Source of the DNA: Catajapyx aquilonaris
Lineage: Eukaryota
Assembly: GCA_000934665.2 (NCBI GenBank)
Contig: JYFJ02002569.1
Span: 1-54,792 of the forward strand
Reading direction: 5' to 3'
Length of the DNA: 54,792 nt
The notes under the pieces are model-generated. The model was given only the letters and a program-made list of their open reading frames with translations. It did not search any database and was not told the origin of the DNA. Below, piece by piece: positions 12,049 to 24,545 of the stretch (its first letter is position 1; the number at the start of each line of letters is the position of its first letter). The position numbers and the translations under genes were made by a program.

Positions 12049-12281
12049 CCCTGGAACCGTGCCGTGGGGTCTTTTCGGACCCCAAAGGAATATAAAATGC
12101 ATCGCAATGAGTGATCTTGAAATGATAAATGACCTGAAACTCCGTGTATTCCTCAAAAAAACTTCCTTTCATGGATCAAATCCGGTTTCATAATTTTCAC
12201 ACCTACCCAAATGTAGATAAATCGTGGTGTTTGGACCCATGCTCACGTGGGGTCCGAAAGGACCTACATCACGGTTCCGGG
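12049..12281. mobile_element. piggyBac-like MITE, degraded
   Basis: TTAA-CCCTGGAACCGTGCCGTGGGGTCTTTTCGGACCCCA pairs with TGGGGTCCGAAAGGACCTACATCACGGTTCCGGG. The right-hand TTAA is not preserved. Confidence 0.55.
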
Positions 12282-13766
12282 CATACTCGTTTGTGTCAGT
12301 TCTTATTACGCGCCTACAACTATTCCTGCACCTCTTCATTCCCACCTTATATTTATAAAAAATATTTATATTAATTAATAGTAGTTCAAAATCGTTATGT
12401 ATTTTTTTAACTGTCTGTATAGGTGTTACTGAAAGTCTGAACTTCATATTATATACGGCATGACATTTTATACCAGATACATACTCGTACATAATAATTA
12501 TTCGCCTTGAATTTGTCCGTGTCCTGTACAGCGCTTGGAGTTCGGGTGTGGATTTCCGTATGGTGGTTCTTCTCGCTGGCCTGTGGGTGTTCTGGTCGTT
12601 TGGAGGAGAATATTATAGTCACTTGGAGAAATTTAACAGTTACTGATTCCTCTTCCGGGGGGGGGGGGGGNGGAATTTCTCAAGTACCGCGTTGCATAGT
12701 CGTGTAATATTTATATTTAAAATATAATATTGAGAGTTTGTTGTCTGAGATGGGCAGGGAGGGGGGGTCATATGGTTGGTTTATAGGGTGATTTTTACCA
12801 TTTTTAATTTAGTTCATATTTTGAGTTAGCTTGTGATTCCCGTCATCGCTGACTAACCCTTTATAGGAAAATGTCGTGATGGTGTCGTTGAATTTGTTAA
12901 AGAATTGTGTCATTACGATGATTTATTTTTTTTTCAAGTGTAGTGTAAAGTTTGTTACTGTGGGGATTATTTAAACATTGTGTGTGAGACCCTTCTGGGC
13001 TTCAACAATTTTAGTATGGATGCTGCAATATTTCATCCGAGGATAGTCATATTATTGGCAAATATTTCTTTAACCGTATTTTCAATTTCCTAATCTCAAA
13101 AATCGAATCTTCAGCATTTACTGTTTCTGCACATAAATTGTGTACGGTATAGTGATAATTATGTGACAACTACTAAACTTTCAACGAAGAGAAATAGGCA
13201 AGAGTCAGACTGAAAGGAACTTAAGTCCTTGTTTTCGCTGAGGGTTTAGTTATAATAATGACTATTAACTTCCAAATGACAACATGACAGGGTATAAACA
13301 AAGAGGGCTCATGAGTAGAAAAAAAGGTCCTCTGTTATCTATTTGAAGCGTTGACCAACAACAATAATTTATTTTATTTAAATAATCGAGCATGCGGTAC
13401 AATCATCATTGTTGTTATTAGCTTATTTGCCTCGACTAAATGTATTTGATATACATTATTAGTCAAAGTACATCGGCTGTAAAAATAGCCGCAGTTTTAC
13501 ACATGGATATAGTGGGCAGTCATATTCCATTACGGATGTAAAATGGCACTGGGTTAGGGATCCGAAGAGACTTAAGTCACCTGACTATGTAATCATGACA
13601 AGAAACAAGGAAGCCAGGAGAAAAAATTGCACTTGTAATCAATATCCACTGCAAGGAATCAAAGACGTAGATAATAATTTAAAAGAGAGCACAATTTGTG
13701 CAATGACTGCTGCTACATTCGACCTCCGACCTTTCTTATTTACCCTATAATGATTATTTTGACATT

Positions 13767-16700
13767 TTATGGGCTTATATTGTCAAGAATCCATGGCAGA
13801 AAGGCTCCGACTCTGGTGTAAATCCCAGGAAGACCTCCTTCGCCACAACGAGTAGGCCCGATAGAAACCACTCCGGCAGCATAAAAGCATATCTTGGTAC
13901 CGTCTTTGGCATCGATGAGCATGAGGGCCCCTCCGGAGTCTCCGCGGCACGAGTCTTGTCCTTTGACTCCTCCTGCACAGAATTGCTCCTTGTCCAACTG
14001 CACCTGGCTCCTGAACACAACTGAACATTGCCGGAGAGGCACGATTGGTACCCTCAGTTTTTGAAGGATGTCACTGCCTGTGGCTGAAATTCAAAGTGAC
14101 ATGATATCAGTCAAGTTCCCATTTTCATATAGTTTTATGCTAATGTGTAACAGTGATTCGTGCATTTTGGTAATGCGGTTATCTATATTATTAATACACG
14201 ACTGTTCCCATAACTCTGCCCGCACCGTATGGTCTACAGCATTGGGAGTGGTGTCAAAATTTTGCTCGCGTTTTCTATTGCAAACCACTTTTGTTTTTTG
14301 GAAACAATGCCGAGGGACTTTGTCAAACGCATAAAAACGACAAAACCACGGATTTCCCATTTCCACCGTTCCGGGCGCCAGCGCCACCTCCTGGGTAGCG
14401 ACTCGCTTACTTCTGCACTTCACCATAGGATGTCACCTCGATGCTGCTGCCTGATTCGCGTCTCTCTCCACTTTCGCACTTTTCCCTAATTTATTGCCTA
14501 ATTTTTGGCAACTTGGTGCCTAGTTAACCCTTATGGTCCGTATATTTTGGAAACAAGCCATACCATTTGATTGCGGCCCTTCATCATAGTGTGTACAACA
14601 CGTTTATTGGAATCACTAATAATATGAATAATACAAATAAATTGAACTTACGAATTGCAAAATCAGTACGGCCCCATCCAGCAACGAAAGCCGTGTATTG
14701 AAGGCGATCCAGGTTCTCCAGGCTGTTCGAAGACAACTCGGCAAATGGCAGGCAAATGGGTTGAATAAAGTCTGCACAAGAAAAAGTGAATGATACATCA
14801 AGAACCTGAATATATTTATGTGTAAAATCTACTTACTGGAAAATGTGACAGGCGCATCCAGTCGGACAAGGGCAATGTCGTTCCTAAATCGGGGTTTGTT
14901 ATATTCCGGATGCGTTACCGTTGATTCCACTCCGAAGTCTTGCGCAGGAGGAGCACAGTACCCACCAAAACAGTCTGTATCACTGCTTATGGTATGCTCT
15001 CCCAATCTCACATGAGTTCTGCAGGTAAATAATTATGTATGAAACTACTGTCAGTACTAATAAGTAAAATTAGCAATTATTGGCCTTAATATGTTAACTC
15101 ACAGGGTTGCACCTGGTGTATTGATGCAATGTGCAGCAGTCATGACGTATCTGTTGTTAATCAAACTGGCTCCACATCGCCAGCTCAGTTGTCCACGAGT
15201 AGCTGTTGAAGAGTGGGATTAATGTAGCCCAATTGTTATAAGGAAGTTCCGTCTCTGCTCATTATGCAAGAATTACTGGTTGTGTACAGTATTGTATATA
15301 AGTATATAACTTACTGGTATATCCCAAAAGTGCTGTCCAAGGGAATTCTCCAATCTTGGAGTCTTCTCCTCCAACCACTTTTTCAAAAAATAATGAGAGT
15401 CCACATTTAGGATAATCAGGAAGTAAGCGACGATTCGGATGAATAACACCAGCAGTGCTAATCGACCGGTCTGTTGATGGCTCACCAGCCGGAATGGTAT
15501 TGATGGGACAGCATACCTGAAAATGATAAAAATGTTAATCTCTTGCGGACTTTTGGAATCGGCTATTCGTGAGCTAGCTAGTGGCTAAAATAATACTAAA
15601 CATCTGCATCGATAGTCATTAGGTTTGTACTATACAGATGAGGATAACACACTGCTCTGGGGTGATTAGTGTCATTTGTAACTTTATGTCTACAGGGGGT
15701 AAGTAATGCATGGTTACACCCTTCAGAATGGTGCTAGGAGTCACCCTATTTGGTACATTATTATCTAGTGAAAACTAGTACTTTTCTAAGCCAATATTAA
15801 TATTTTCACCTCTTAGGTATAACTGAATAGGTAAAGTGACATTCTTGATGAGGTTCTTTATGAGGACTAGTGGTACTGTATAACTTATACAGTCCTCATA
15901 GTTTTTTGTAGTTATTTCTGACCTTAAATACCAGACCTTTTCTCTTGGCCCTGGGCAGAGAAGGGAGTGCAATTCTGTCCGGACATGTCGGGTGAAAAGC
16001 GGAAAATGGCCCGACCCAGCAGAGGTGACGGGGACGGGATTTCAACCCCGGACCTCTCACTTGGCTGGCCAGTAGCATAGCCACTAGACCACCATGCTCC
16101 CTCTAGTCCTCATAAAAATTAGTGACACCCTCATAACACAATGCCATTTGTATAATTTATACAATTATCAGCATAGTAAGTCATGCGGTCAGCACTCAAG
16201 ACAACATCATGCAACCTTGAGTGTGATTACGTCCACAGTAACCAAAGGTACAGAATGATTGCTAAGCAAATAAAAGTGTTACAAGGAATGCCCGAAGAGA
16301 GCATACAATGCTAAGCTGCATATGAAAAGTGATAATAATTATTGAGCCGTCTCATGTTGACTTATGTTCGTTATTTTTGCCGGTTATGGTGGCACATCAA
16401 TGTGTTTACCTTTTATAGCTATCTCAGGGTCAATAACTTGAAAGTGCAGTGTTTTTAAATGCAACATTTTAGAATATATTACGGATAACGAATCTGACAG
16501 CACGGCCATTTTATGAAAAATAAATAGCTAGTAACACATAAAACCGGTTTAGTTACCTTAGGAGTTCTTCCTTCGTATCCACACTGCGATCGTCGTAGAA
16601 ACTGAGTATTTTCAGGGCTTATTGGTTTCTGACTAAAAATTCTAAGCAAAGTCGGACATTTTCGAACATTGATGCAGTTTCCAGGTAGAGAATTTGGAGT

Positions 16701-16850
16701 CTTGCAGTCGCTCTCTGTAGTAGAAATAAGACATTAAATAATAGTTTTATTTGTATTAGAAATTATTTGGGCATTAGAAAGTGACTTACGTGCGTAAACC
16801 GCAGACGTGATCCAGCAGGCAGCTAAAAGAATAAAAACACATGCTCTCAT
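13767..16850 (-). CDS. Clip-domain serine protease A (CLIPB/easter/PAP-like), catalytically intact, 7 exons
   Basis: Exons 16850-16790 (signal MRACVFILLAACWITSAVYA), 16714-16557 (clip C-X9-C-X5-C-X24-C), 15516-15315 (VCCP...CGLSLFFEK^VVGG), 15202-15103 (TAAHC), 15018-14837 (RLGEH..DC..CAPP..DIAL), 14771-14652 (PICLP..GWG), 14083-13767 (DSCRGDSGG). All introns are GT-AG and phase-compatible. Confidence 0.93.
14199..14406 (+). mobile_element. Interspersed repeat, copy 1 (second copy inverted at 34640-34866)
   Basis: Shares GGGAGTGGTGTCAAAATTT, CTTTTGTTTTTTGGAAA and CGCCACCTCCTGGGTRGCGACTCGC with the reverse complement of 34640-34866. Confidence 0.8.
15901..16104 (-). mobile_element. tRNA-derived SINE in an intron of protease A
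   Basis: Minus-strand A box TGGTCTAGTGG, B box GGGTTGAAATCCC and A-rich tail. 10-bp TSD AGTCCTCATA at 15891-15900 and 16105-16114. Confidence 0.8.
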
Positions 16851-17618
16851 GGCTGCGGATAGTTCTAAACCTGAACTTCAGCGCCGTTTGTTCAAGACTG
16901 CAGAAGGTGTGGTAAAACTTCCTCTTCTTAAAGGAATTTGACCGCAACCTGTTTGTCTTCTTGTAATTGCGCATGCGTACTTGTCTCAAGGTGAAAATGA
17001 AATAAATCCCCGCAGATTTTACGTCAGCATTTCTCGTAACCGACGCAGGTTTACTTAGAAATATTACTTCGTGGAGCTGTCACCTTTGCCCTGGAGTTAG
17101 TTTATTATCTCTCACTTGTTGGGCAAAAAAAAAACTCATTTATATAGCTGTCCTAGTCCAACCAGATTTCAAATGAGATGACTAAACCTGGCACATTCCA
17201 AAAGGTTCTGAAAAGTAGCTTGTAACGAATAATAACTCTTTGTTTGCACGCAAAATAATGAAAAATTACAAATTATGTAAACAGTAAGCCTATAATTGGT
17301 GCTAACTTGGCCATATTAGAGCTGTACATTGAGGTGTGATTTTTCCATTGTTATATTTTGATCTGCATTCTTTCTCATTTAAAAAACGAGGTGTTTGACA
17401 CTCTGAAAGAAACGCTTCAACAATTTCCACTGCAAAGTAGCTATTTCTAAGGTGGAAAAAAAGGAACGTGGTTTTGACGGTGAATGGTTATCAATTTTTT
17501 TATTACGTATATCGGATAAAAAATAATGCATGGTCTTGATCAAATGTGATGCTGGTAACTGCTGATAAAGAAATACAACAATTTGAAACAAGCATGGCCA
17601 TCTGAAGTTAACATTGAT

Positions 17619-20600
17619 TTATTCCTGGATATTATCCAATATCCAAAGTAGATATGCGCCGACTCGAGTGTAAATAATGGATCTGCTTCCTTCACCACAT
17701 CTTTGCGGACCAGTGACATAAACACCAACCAAGGAAAAGCCTGTTTTAGACTGTAGAAGCATAAGTCCGCTCCCTGAATCCAATTTGCATGAGTCGTCAC
17801 CTCCCTCATCCATAATTACAGTTTGGACGCAGATTTCCTCAGGGTCAAGACCAGACACTGCCAGGTACTCCTTTGAACATTCTGTCAAGGGCATCACAAC
17901 CATTTGTTGTGTTTGCAAAACATCACTTGCTACTGCTGCAATGATGGAGAAAGTGTAAGGTCATTGTATACTCACTCACACTTGCTCTTTAAATAGATGA
18001 TGACTACATAGTTAAAATTTAACGAATATCATACTCATGCACTGAACTGACATTTTACTTACGTGTTTTAGGGTCGAGGCTACCCCAACCAGCCACATGA
18101 AACGATAGTTGATAAGGCTTCAAAATTTCTAAATTTTCAGATGCAAGAGCTCCAAATGGCAAACAGATGGGTCGCACGCAATCTGATTGGTCAATTGTTG
18201 GTCATTGCGGAATATATAGTATTTGAATAATATTTACTTACGAGAGAGTATTGCTCTGGTTTTGAGTCTGATGAGAGCAATGTCATTGGAGTATTTGTTC
18301 GGATAAGTGTAGTTATGATGTACGATTGTTGATTCTATGGCAATATCTTGAGACATTGGACAATGTCCCACAAAGTCGTCTTCACCTTCGTTTGAGATAG
18401 TGTGCTCTCCTAATCTCACTTGGATCCTAGTTTTTCATGAAAAATTCACATATTAATATTTTCATTCATACTGACTCCCATGTCCATTTTTCTCACAGTT
18501 TTCCTGGATAAGTTTTGACGCAATGGGCAGCTGTTAGCACGTAACGATCCGATATTAAACTTCCTCCGCAGGCCCATCTGATCTTTCCTGATGATTGCAA
18601 CTCTGGAAAGTCAAGGCAGCATGATTCCTTGTATTCCCACTCTCATTCCCAGTGTGAGATACTGTGTTGCATTAGGGGGTCATGATTACGACCAATATTT
18701 AGGTAGAGAGCTTGTAAAAAAAAAACATTTGCCAATTAGGATTATTTGTACGGTACCTTTGTTTTTTCCAGCACCTTCTGACTAAATCAAACGCGTAAAA
18801 AAAAGGTGATTGAAAGGTGTATAGGGGTCTCAGGAGGTTAAAGCTCACCGAGGAGATGGCGACTTTTGGAGTGAGTTATTTTGAGGTTGAAGATTTGCAT
18901 GTGGGTATTGTCCGAAGCAATTATTCAGTATACCTGCCTACTGCATTAGGCCACTTTCGGTCATGTTTTGCAAATTCAAGTGGATACAATGATGACCCTT
19001 GGTGTAAAGAATCAATTGCAAGTGTTAACTAAACATGAAAAATTGATTTGTCGGGTTTTGGCATTTCGAGCTTCTGTATAGTAGCCTACCGGTACCGTTT
19101 ATGGATATTGGCTACTACAACCTAACAAAACACCGCAGTCATTTCTGTTATAAGTATTGCAAGCGTTACAGGCTTCATTCCGGGAAAATTATTTCCTGAG
19201 TACTTTTCTATCACTTTCCTCTGACGTAAATGAATTTACATTAGAGTACAACAAAACTGATAAACAAACACGTAGTAAGAGTTGACCTCATTTTTAAAGT
19301 ACTATTTCTTCATCGTGAGCTAAGAACTTTACATAAATTGCTTCATGCGTAGACTTGTATTTTTGAGTGGTGCGAAAATACCCAAACTCTCATAAATACC
19401 GCACATAACTGCCATTGCTTGTAATAACATTGACGTAAGGTACTGTATACCATGTAAGTGAACCACGTGCACATAATTATCATAGACATAATTTAAAACA
19501 ATAATATTGGAATGCACGTGACAATATTATGTCAACATGGTAACACTAACTAGTCTTACTTTTCATTTTGTCCCATGATCTCATTTTTAATTAATTAATT
19601 AATTAATGGTGGCAATACTGTTGAGGTGGGAAAATCGATACCTTCGATATACTGTACGCACTTTTCGCCGCATGTTTAAAAAAAATCGTTTCTGTTATTG
19701 AGAACCTTTTTTGTCACATTTATCAAGTATGCTTATGTATACTTTAATTGCTGCATACATTCGCATGTTTCGCATGATATAGACTATTATGAATGCTTAC
19801 CATTGAATCCAAGCAATGCTACCCAAGGAAATTCAGCAACAAAAGCCTTGTCATTTCGTGTAATCTGTCGGCCATGGTTAATGGAAAACCCGCAATTGGG
19901 GTACTTGGGTAATAATTGGCGGCTTTGATGAGAATCCCAGCTGGCCTCTGCTGGTTTTACGTCTGCAGAGGGGCAGCACACCTGTATGAGATAGAGTATT
20001 TTACATTGTTTTACTTTCTCACACCAAGTCACACCTCTACAAGGTTTTTTTATTTATCATCTTGGCATAGGTCATAATTATTGTGGTTACAGTCATGCAC
20101 GAAAGAAAACAATCAGCTAACTTCCCTGGGAGTATTCACAGGCTAACAGTGCCGCAAATGATCGGTTTTAATCATGGTTGATAGGCTGTCAAGTGAGTAA
20201 ATAATTATGATGAAAATAATCGAAAATTTGTAAGTGAAAGAAATCGGCACTTAGAGCTCCAATAATAACAACACGGTAGCATGAAACATTTCCTTAAAAT
20301 ACGCTAAATGTGCAGCCTAAATATGCGTACATTATAGGATAAGGAATACCAGTGCGAGGGGGAAAATATGGGAAATTCCAATATTAATTTTAGACTGGTC
20401 ATTATGCATATAGCGTGCACACAAAAAAACGGAAACTGCTCGATTTGATACCATCTGACGTAGATGCACAGATAACTCATGCAAATACTCGAGGGGATCA
20501 TTTTACTAAAGGAAAAAAGTCAACGAACGACTTTAGATATACTGTAACGGTATGCAAAATATTTGAAGATGACGATTCTATTCATCAAGTGCCCAACATT

Positions 20601-21157
20601 TGGATAAGTCGCTTCCTATACCAACACGAGCAACTTTTGCCCTCTCAATTCAACTGAATCGTTTTTCTAATGATCCATCCAATTTTAGCAATCAGTACTT
20701 GTCATAATTGTACAAGCTGCAAGTTTTTGCTCACATTTTTTTTTCTGCTCTGAAGAACATCCGCAAGCACGCAATCTGGCAGGAAACCGCAATTTTCCGG
20801 ACGGAAGAGCGAGACGGAAAAATAGTGTAACAACCTATCGCAATACCTTAGGCGTTCGTCCTTCAAAGCCACAAGCCGAGTCTCGAAGAAATCTGGTGTC
20901 TTCAGTGCTCAGCGGCTTTCTGGAGATGATGACGAGAACGGAAGGACATCTTTTGATATTAACACATTTTCCTGGCCGGTTGTCCGGATTGCGACAATCG
21001 TCAATGTATTCGGCATCAAAATCATCTTCTGTGGATATGAGTATCGTATTGAATGACGTAGACAAATTATTATGATGTACACTATCTTACGGGAAAGAAC
21101 CAGTCCTGCTTGGATGATGACGACAGCAATAAAGATGTTGAGAGGTGTTGCTTTCAT
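17619..21157 (-). CDS. Clip-domain serine protease B, atypical (probable protease homolog), 7 exons
   Basis: Exons 21157-21091 (signal MKATPLNIFIAVVIIQAGLVLS), 21028-20847 (clip), 19981-19801 (CGFSINHGRQITRND, no IVGG), 18602-18497 (TAAHC), 18426-18242 (DIAL), 18182-18063, 17935-17619 (DSCKLDSGSG in place of GDSGG). Confidence 0.9.
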
Positions 21158-22205
21158 GTCGGAGATCACGTAAGCTAGTCCAGAGAAGGAAATGTATTAG
21201 GTGAAGTGCGTAATGCAAAAGTATGACGTTTTTTTCCTCGCGTCTCAAGTTTATAATTAAGCATGGCAGTAATGTTACAGAATATTTGAATAATAGGCAG
21301 TGTTTTTGAGTAAGAATATTCTGCAAGACTTGTACCGCAGAAAATTACATTGCATTTATTTTGATGATGGGGGAAGAAAATGTCCCAGAAACGTTACATG
21401 AACCTCGAAGTAATTTTAACATCAAATTAAAATTAGTGGTTAATTTAAGCCTATATGATAAAGGATAGATTAGGTAAATATGATGCGATTATGGTACAGC
21501 TTGGGTACATAAATGTAAAGGCAGCTTGAGGTCAGGCTGTTGAGGTTCTCTTATCAGCAAGTCCCCTTGGTGACATATTAATATACATGTTTCCTCCCTA
21601 ATGAACACCCTCGTATAAAATTAAATTTTATGCACTTATACCCTTTTCCTCGGGTGTTCCATATTTCAAATTAAGAGAATGCAAGAGGCATCATACCAAA
21701 TTGTTCAGCTCCTAATCTTCTATTTTTTCCCTTGGCTGTAAAGTTGAGGACCACGTTTCACACATAGACCGTATAGGACTACGGAACAGTTACGAATAGA
21801 TGAAAGTATTGTTACTGGAAACGGTCTTTGAACTTGAGCAGTATATCTTTGCATAACTTTGCGTTGGTGTTTCCGGGTACACAGGATATGTGCGAATCTT
21901 ATCTCCAATATTAATTAGACCCCACAGCGGTTACCGGTGCTATAGCGCATGGCATGACTCGGATATGAAGGTGGCATGACTTACGTCGTCTCCGACAGTA
22001 ATAGTCCGCAATTAAACCAAAAGATAGGTTACTATTCACATAACTACTTGCACACATGAAATGAAGCTTGGGCGCGGCACATTTGATATCTGCTGAGAGA
22101 CTACAAATTATCGAATGAGTTTTATAACGTATGTATATCCGAGATGTGTATGACTATAATTATTGAGTTTAAAGTGAAACAATGTGATGAGGCATATATA
22201 ATGTT

Positions 22206-22278
22206 CCCGGGCGGGGATTAGAACCCGGCACCTTTCGCATAGCAAGCCGAGACGTTACCATCTCGGCCACCGTGCCTT
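22206..22278 (-). mobile_element. tRNA-derived SINE head or tRNA pseudogene
   Basis: Minus strand GGCACGGTGGCCGAGATGGTAA...GCCGGGTTCTAATCCCCGCCCGGG contains A and B boxes, but the acceptor stem pairs poorly. Confidence 0.6.
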
Positions 22279-22969
22279 CCCCAACCACAAGGAAATTAGT
22301 ATTGAGTAAGCGACTACTAGTACTAACCTTATAGCCTACATTATGGATACCTAATGTAACTTATGTGTTGTCAGCCCACTCACAACTACAATAATAACTT
22401 TCTCAGACCTTAACATAGTGATGTAATGCCAAGGGTAAAGTTTGACCCTTTTCTTCTATTAGTATTTAAATGATTGAAGAATAGTAAGTTAAATGTCATG
22501 AACCAGTTTTCATTTACAGTAAATTACTAGTCCTAAATGAGAACTGGACCACCAAAAACATGCGTTTGCAGCTCCAGTTACAAATATCACGTCTGGAGGA
22601 AGGATATAAAATTGTGCCTATTTGAGATCTTTATATGATGTGTTGGTAATATTGGTAAAAGCTCACCTTCACACATCAATCTCCCCTCAAGGCGGAAATG
22701 GACAAGCTCGATGGATTCTCAGTGCTGCAGGGCGTTCTTATCAGGGGTCTTCTCTTTGGTATTGTCGATATCGACTGACAAAACAGTCATGATATAAAGG
22801 TGTTAGATGTCTGGTTCTGTGTCGATGTGACGATTTTATATGTGCAGAATGGAAAAAGCAGACAATGTTGGCGATTATTGACGATTCTTATTAGTTTTAG
22901 ATTTGTCACATATCTGGTTTTGTCTGTCAGGTATCGGTGTAAACGTCTATTCGTGAGTAGGTTATAATG

Positions 22970-23257
22970 ATTCATACCCCATTATCAGCCTATCGGCTCT
23001 TTAGGGGGGAAGTTTTTTTTTGTTTTGCCTGGAACTCTTTGCTTTCATTTTACTGCGCTCTTTGGGATAGGATAGGGACGGAAGGAAGCGGCTGTGGCCT
23101 ATTAATTACGGAAGCAACTCCGGAATTTTCCTGGAAGGACCGTGGGAAACCACAGAAAAGTGAGAAAACCACGGTCAGAGTTGCCGGCCCCGGGATTTGA
23201 TCCCAGGACCTCCCGATTAGCAGTCGGACACCATATCCCCTACTCCAAACTGCTTCG
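22970..23257 (-). mobile_element. tRNA-derived SINE flanked by a 25-bp direct repeat
   Basis: B box GGGATCAAATCCC on the minus strand. The body contains GAAGGAAGCGGCTGTGGCCTA..TTTCCTGGA..GAAAACCACGGTCAG, resembling SINEs common in hemimetabolous insects. Flanks GTCTATTCG(T/A)GAGTAGGTTATAATG at 22945-22969 and 23258-23282. Confidence 0.8.
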
Positions 23258-24545
23258 GTCTATTCGAGAGTAGGTTATAATGTCCCTCTTGTTTAATTTG
23301 AATCGTAATGACCACGGGCTATTTACGTGAGATCTTTTTTAACTTGCCCGAACTATAGTTATCATATTGGCTGCAGTCTCATATAAAATGCCTTGTAACG
23401 TTCACTAATAGATTACTGAATTGAAAGGTTACAATATATTCTATACTCAGTCATACTCTAATATATTGTGGAGAGGTATTTACGTATGTAATCACTCCCC
23501 CCCCCCATTTCAATACATTAATAAAGTAATCTGTAAATTAAATTAGTGAAAAAGAACTATGATGACTGATTTGTCAAGAAAAATTAAGCTTATACTAGGT
23601 TCTGAATGGATTTTAAACTTTACATGTTCAACACCTCAGCGGCAAGGAAAAATGACCTCCTGTGATATTACTAGCTATAAGAACGATACGAATGGTATAT
23701 ACTGTATAAGAACCATCATTAACATAACTTTTCTATAGGCGGGGCTAGTGGGATATAAAAGTTTGCAAAAAAATAATGTGACAGATATTTTTATTTTAAC
23801 GACACTTAGCAGGTCAAGTTAATTAGAACTATATGATCATATTTTTTTACACCGGCATTTCCAGCCAGGTTCATGTTATAAACTGATGATGCTTAACACT
23901 TACTGTATTTGGGCTCCTGTTTGTTACCAGCAGCTTCCGGTGCATAAATGGCATTTTTGGTTAAACATTACGCAATTTATAAAACAATCGTGATTAAGTC
24001 ACGTTTCTATCTATACAAGATTGCGTGTTATGTTTGGCTATACATAACAGAAGGTCTTCGTGGAGTCCACTGCTTTATACACACAAGTATATATTTTTCG
24101 CTTCTGATAAGTATGAAAAATATTATTATTCACTGGCGAGATGAATCCCCATTACCAGTCATGAGCACATACGGTGCATGGACATACCGTACTTGAACTC
24201 ATAGCTAGGAATGTAAAGAGATCCTCTTAAAATATAACTCATACCAATTGATGGCAGGATGTTATATACCGTACTTTTTAACAAAAAAATTTTTTATGCA
24301 TTAAAACCCGCGTCATTATTTTTGCATGCTACAGTGCAACAGCAAATAAATTAACAATTGTGAAGAAACTAATGCTCGAAATTTTAAAATGTCTCTCTGA
24401 AGCTCCTCATTAAGGGTCACTTGGGAATGAATGAATGAATCACTTCAGTCAACCTTCTTGCTCCTTTCATTTGTTATAGTTTAGAAAATAGAAAAGCAAA
24501 GAAGCGCAAAGTAATAGGTAGAGAGAAAGAGGCACGAAAGGCTGG

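Noticed and set aside
12655..12673. Poly-G run as a G-quadruplex element
   Set aside because: It contains an N, so the run length is uncertain and may be an assembly artefact.
22206..22278. Functional tRNA gene
   Set aside because: A and B boxes are present but the acceptor and anticodon stems pair poorly, so a SINE head or pseudogene fits better.
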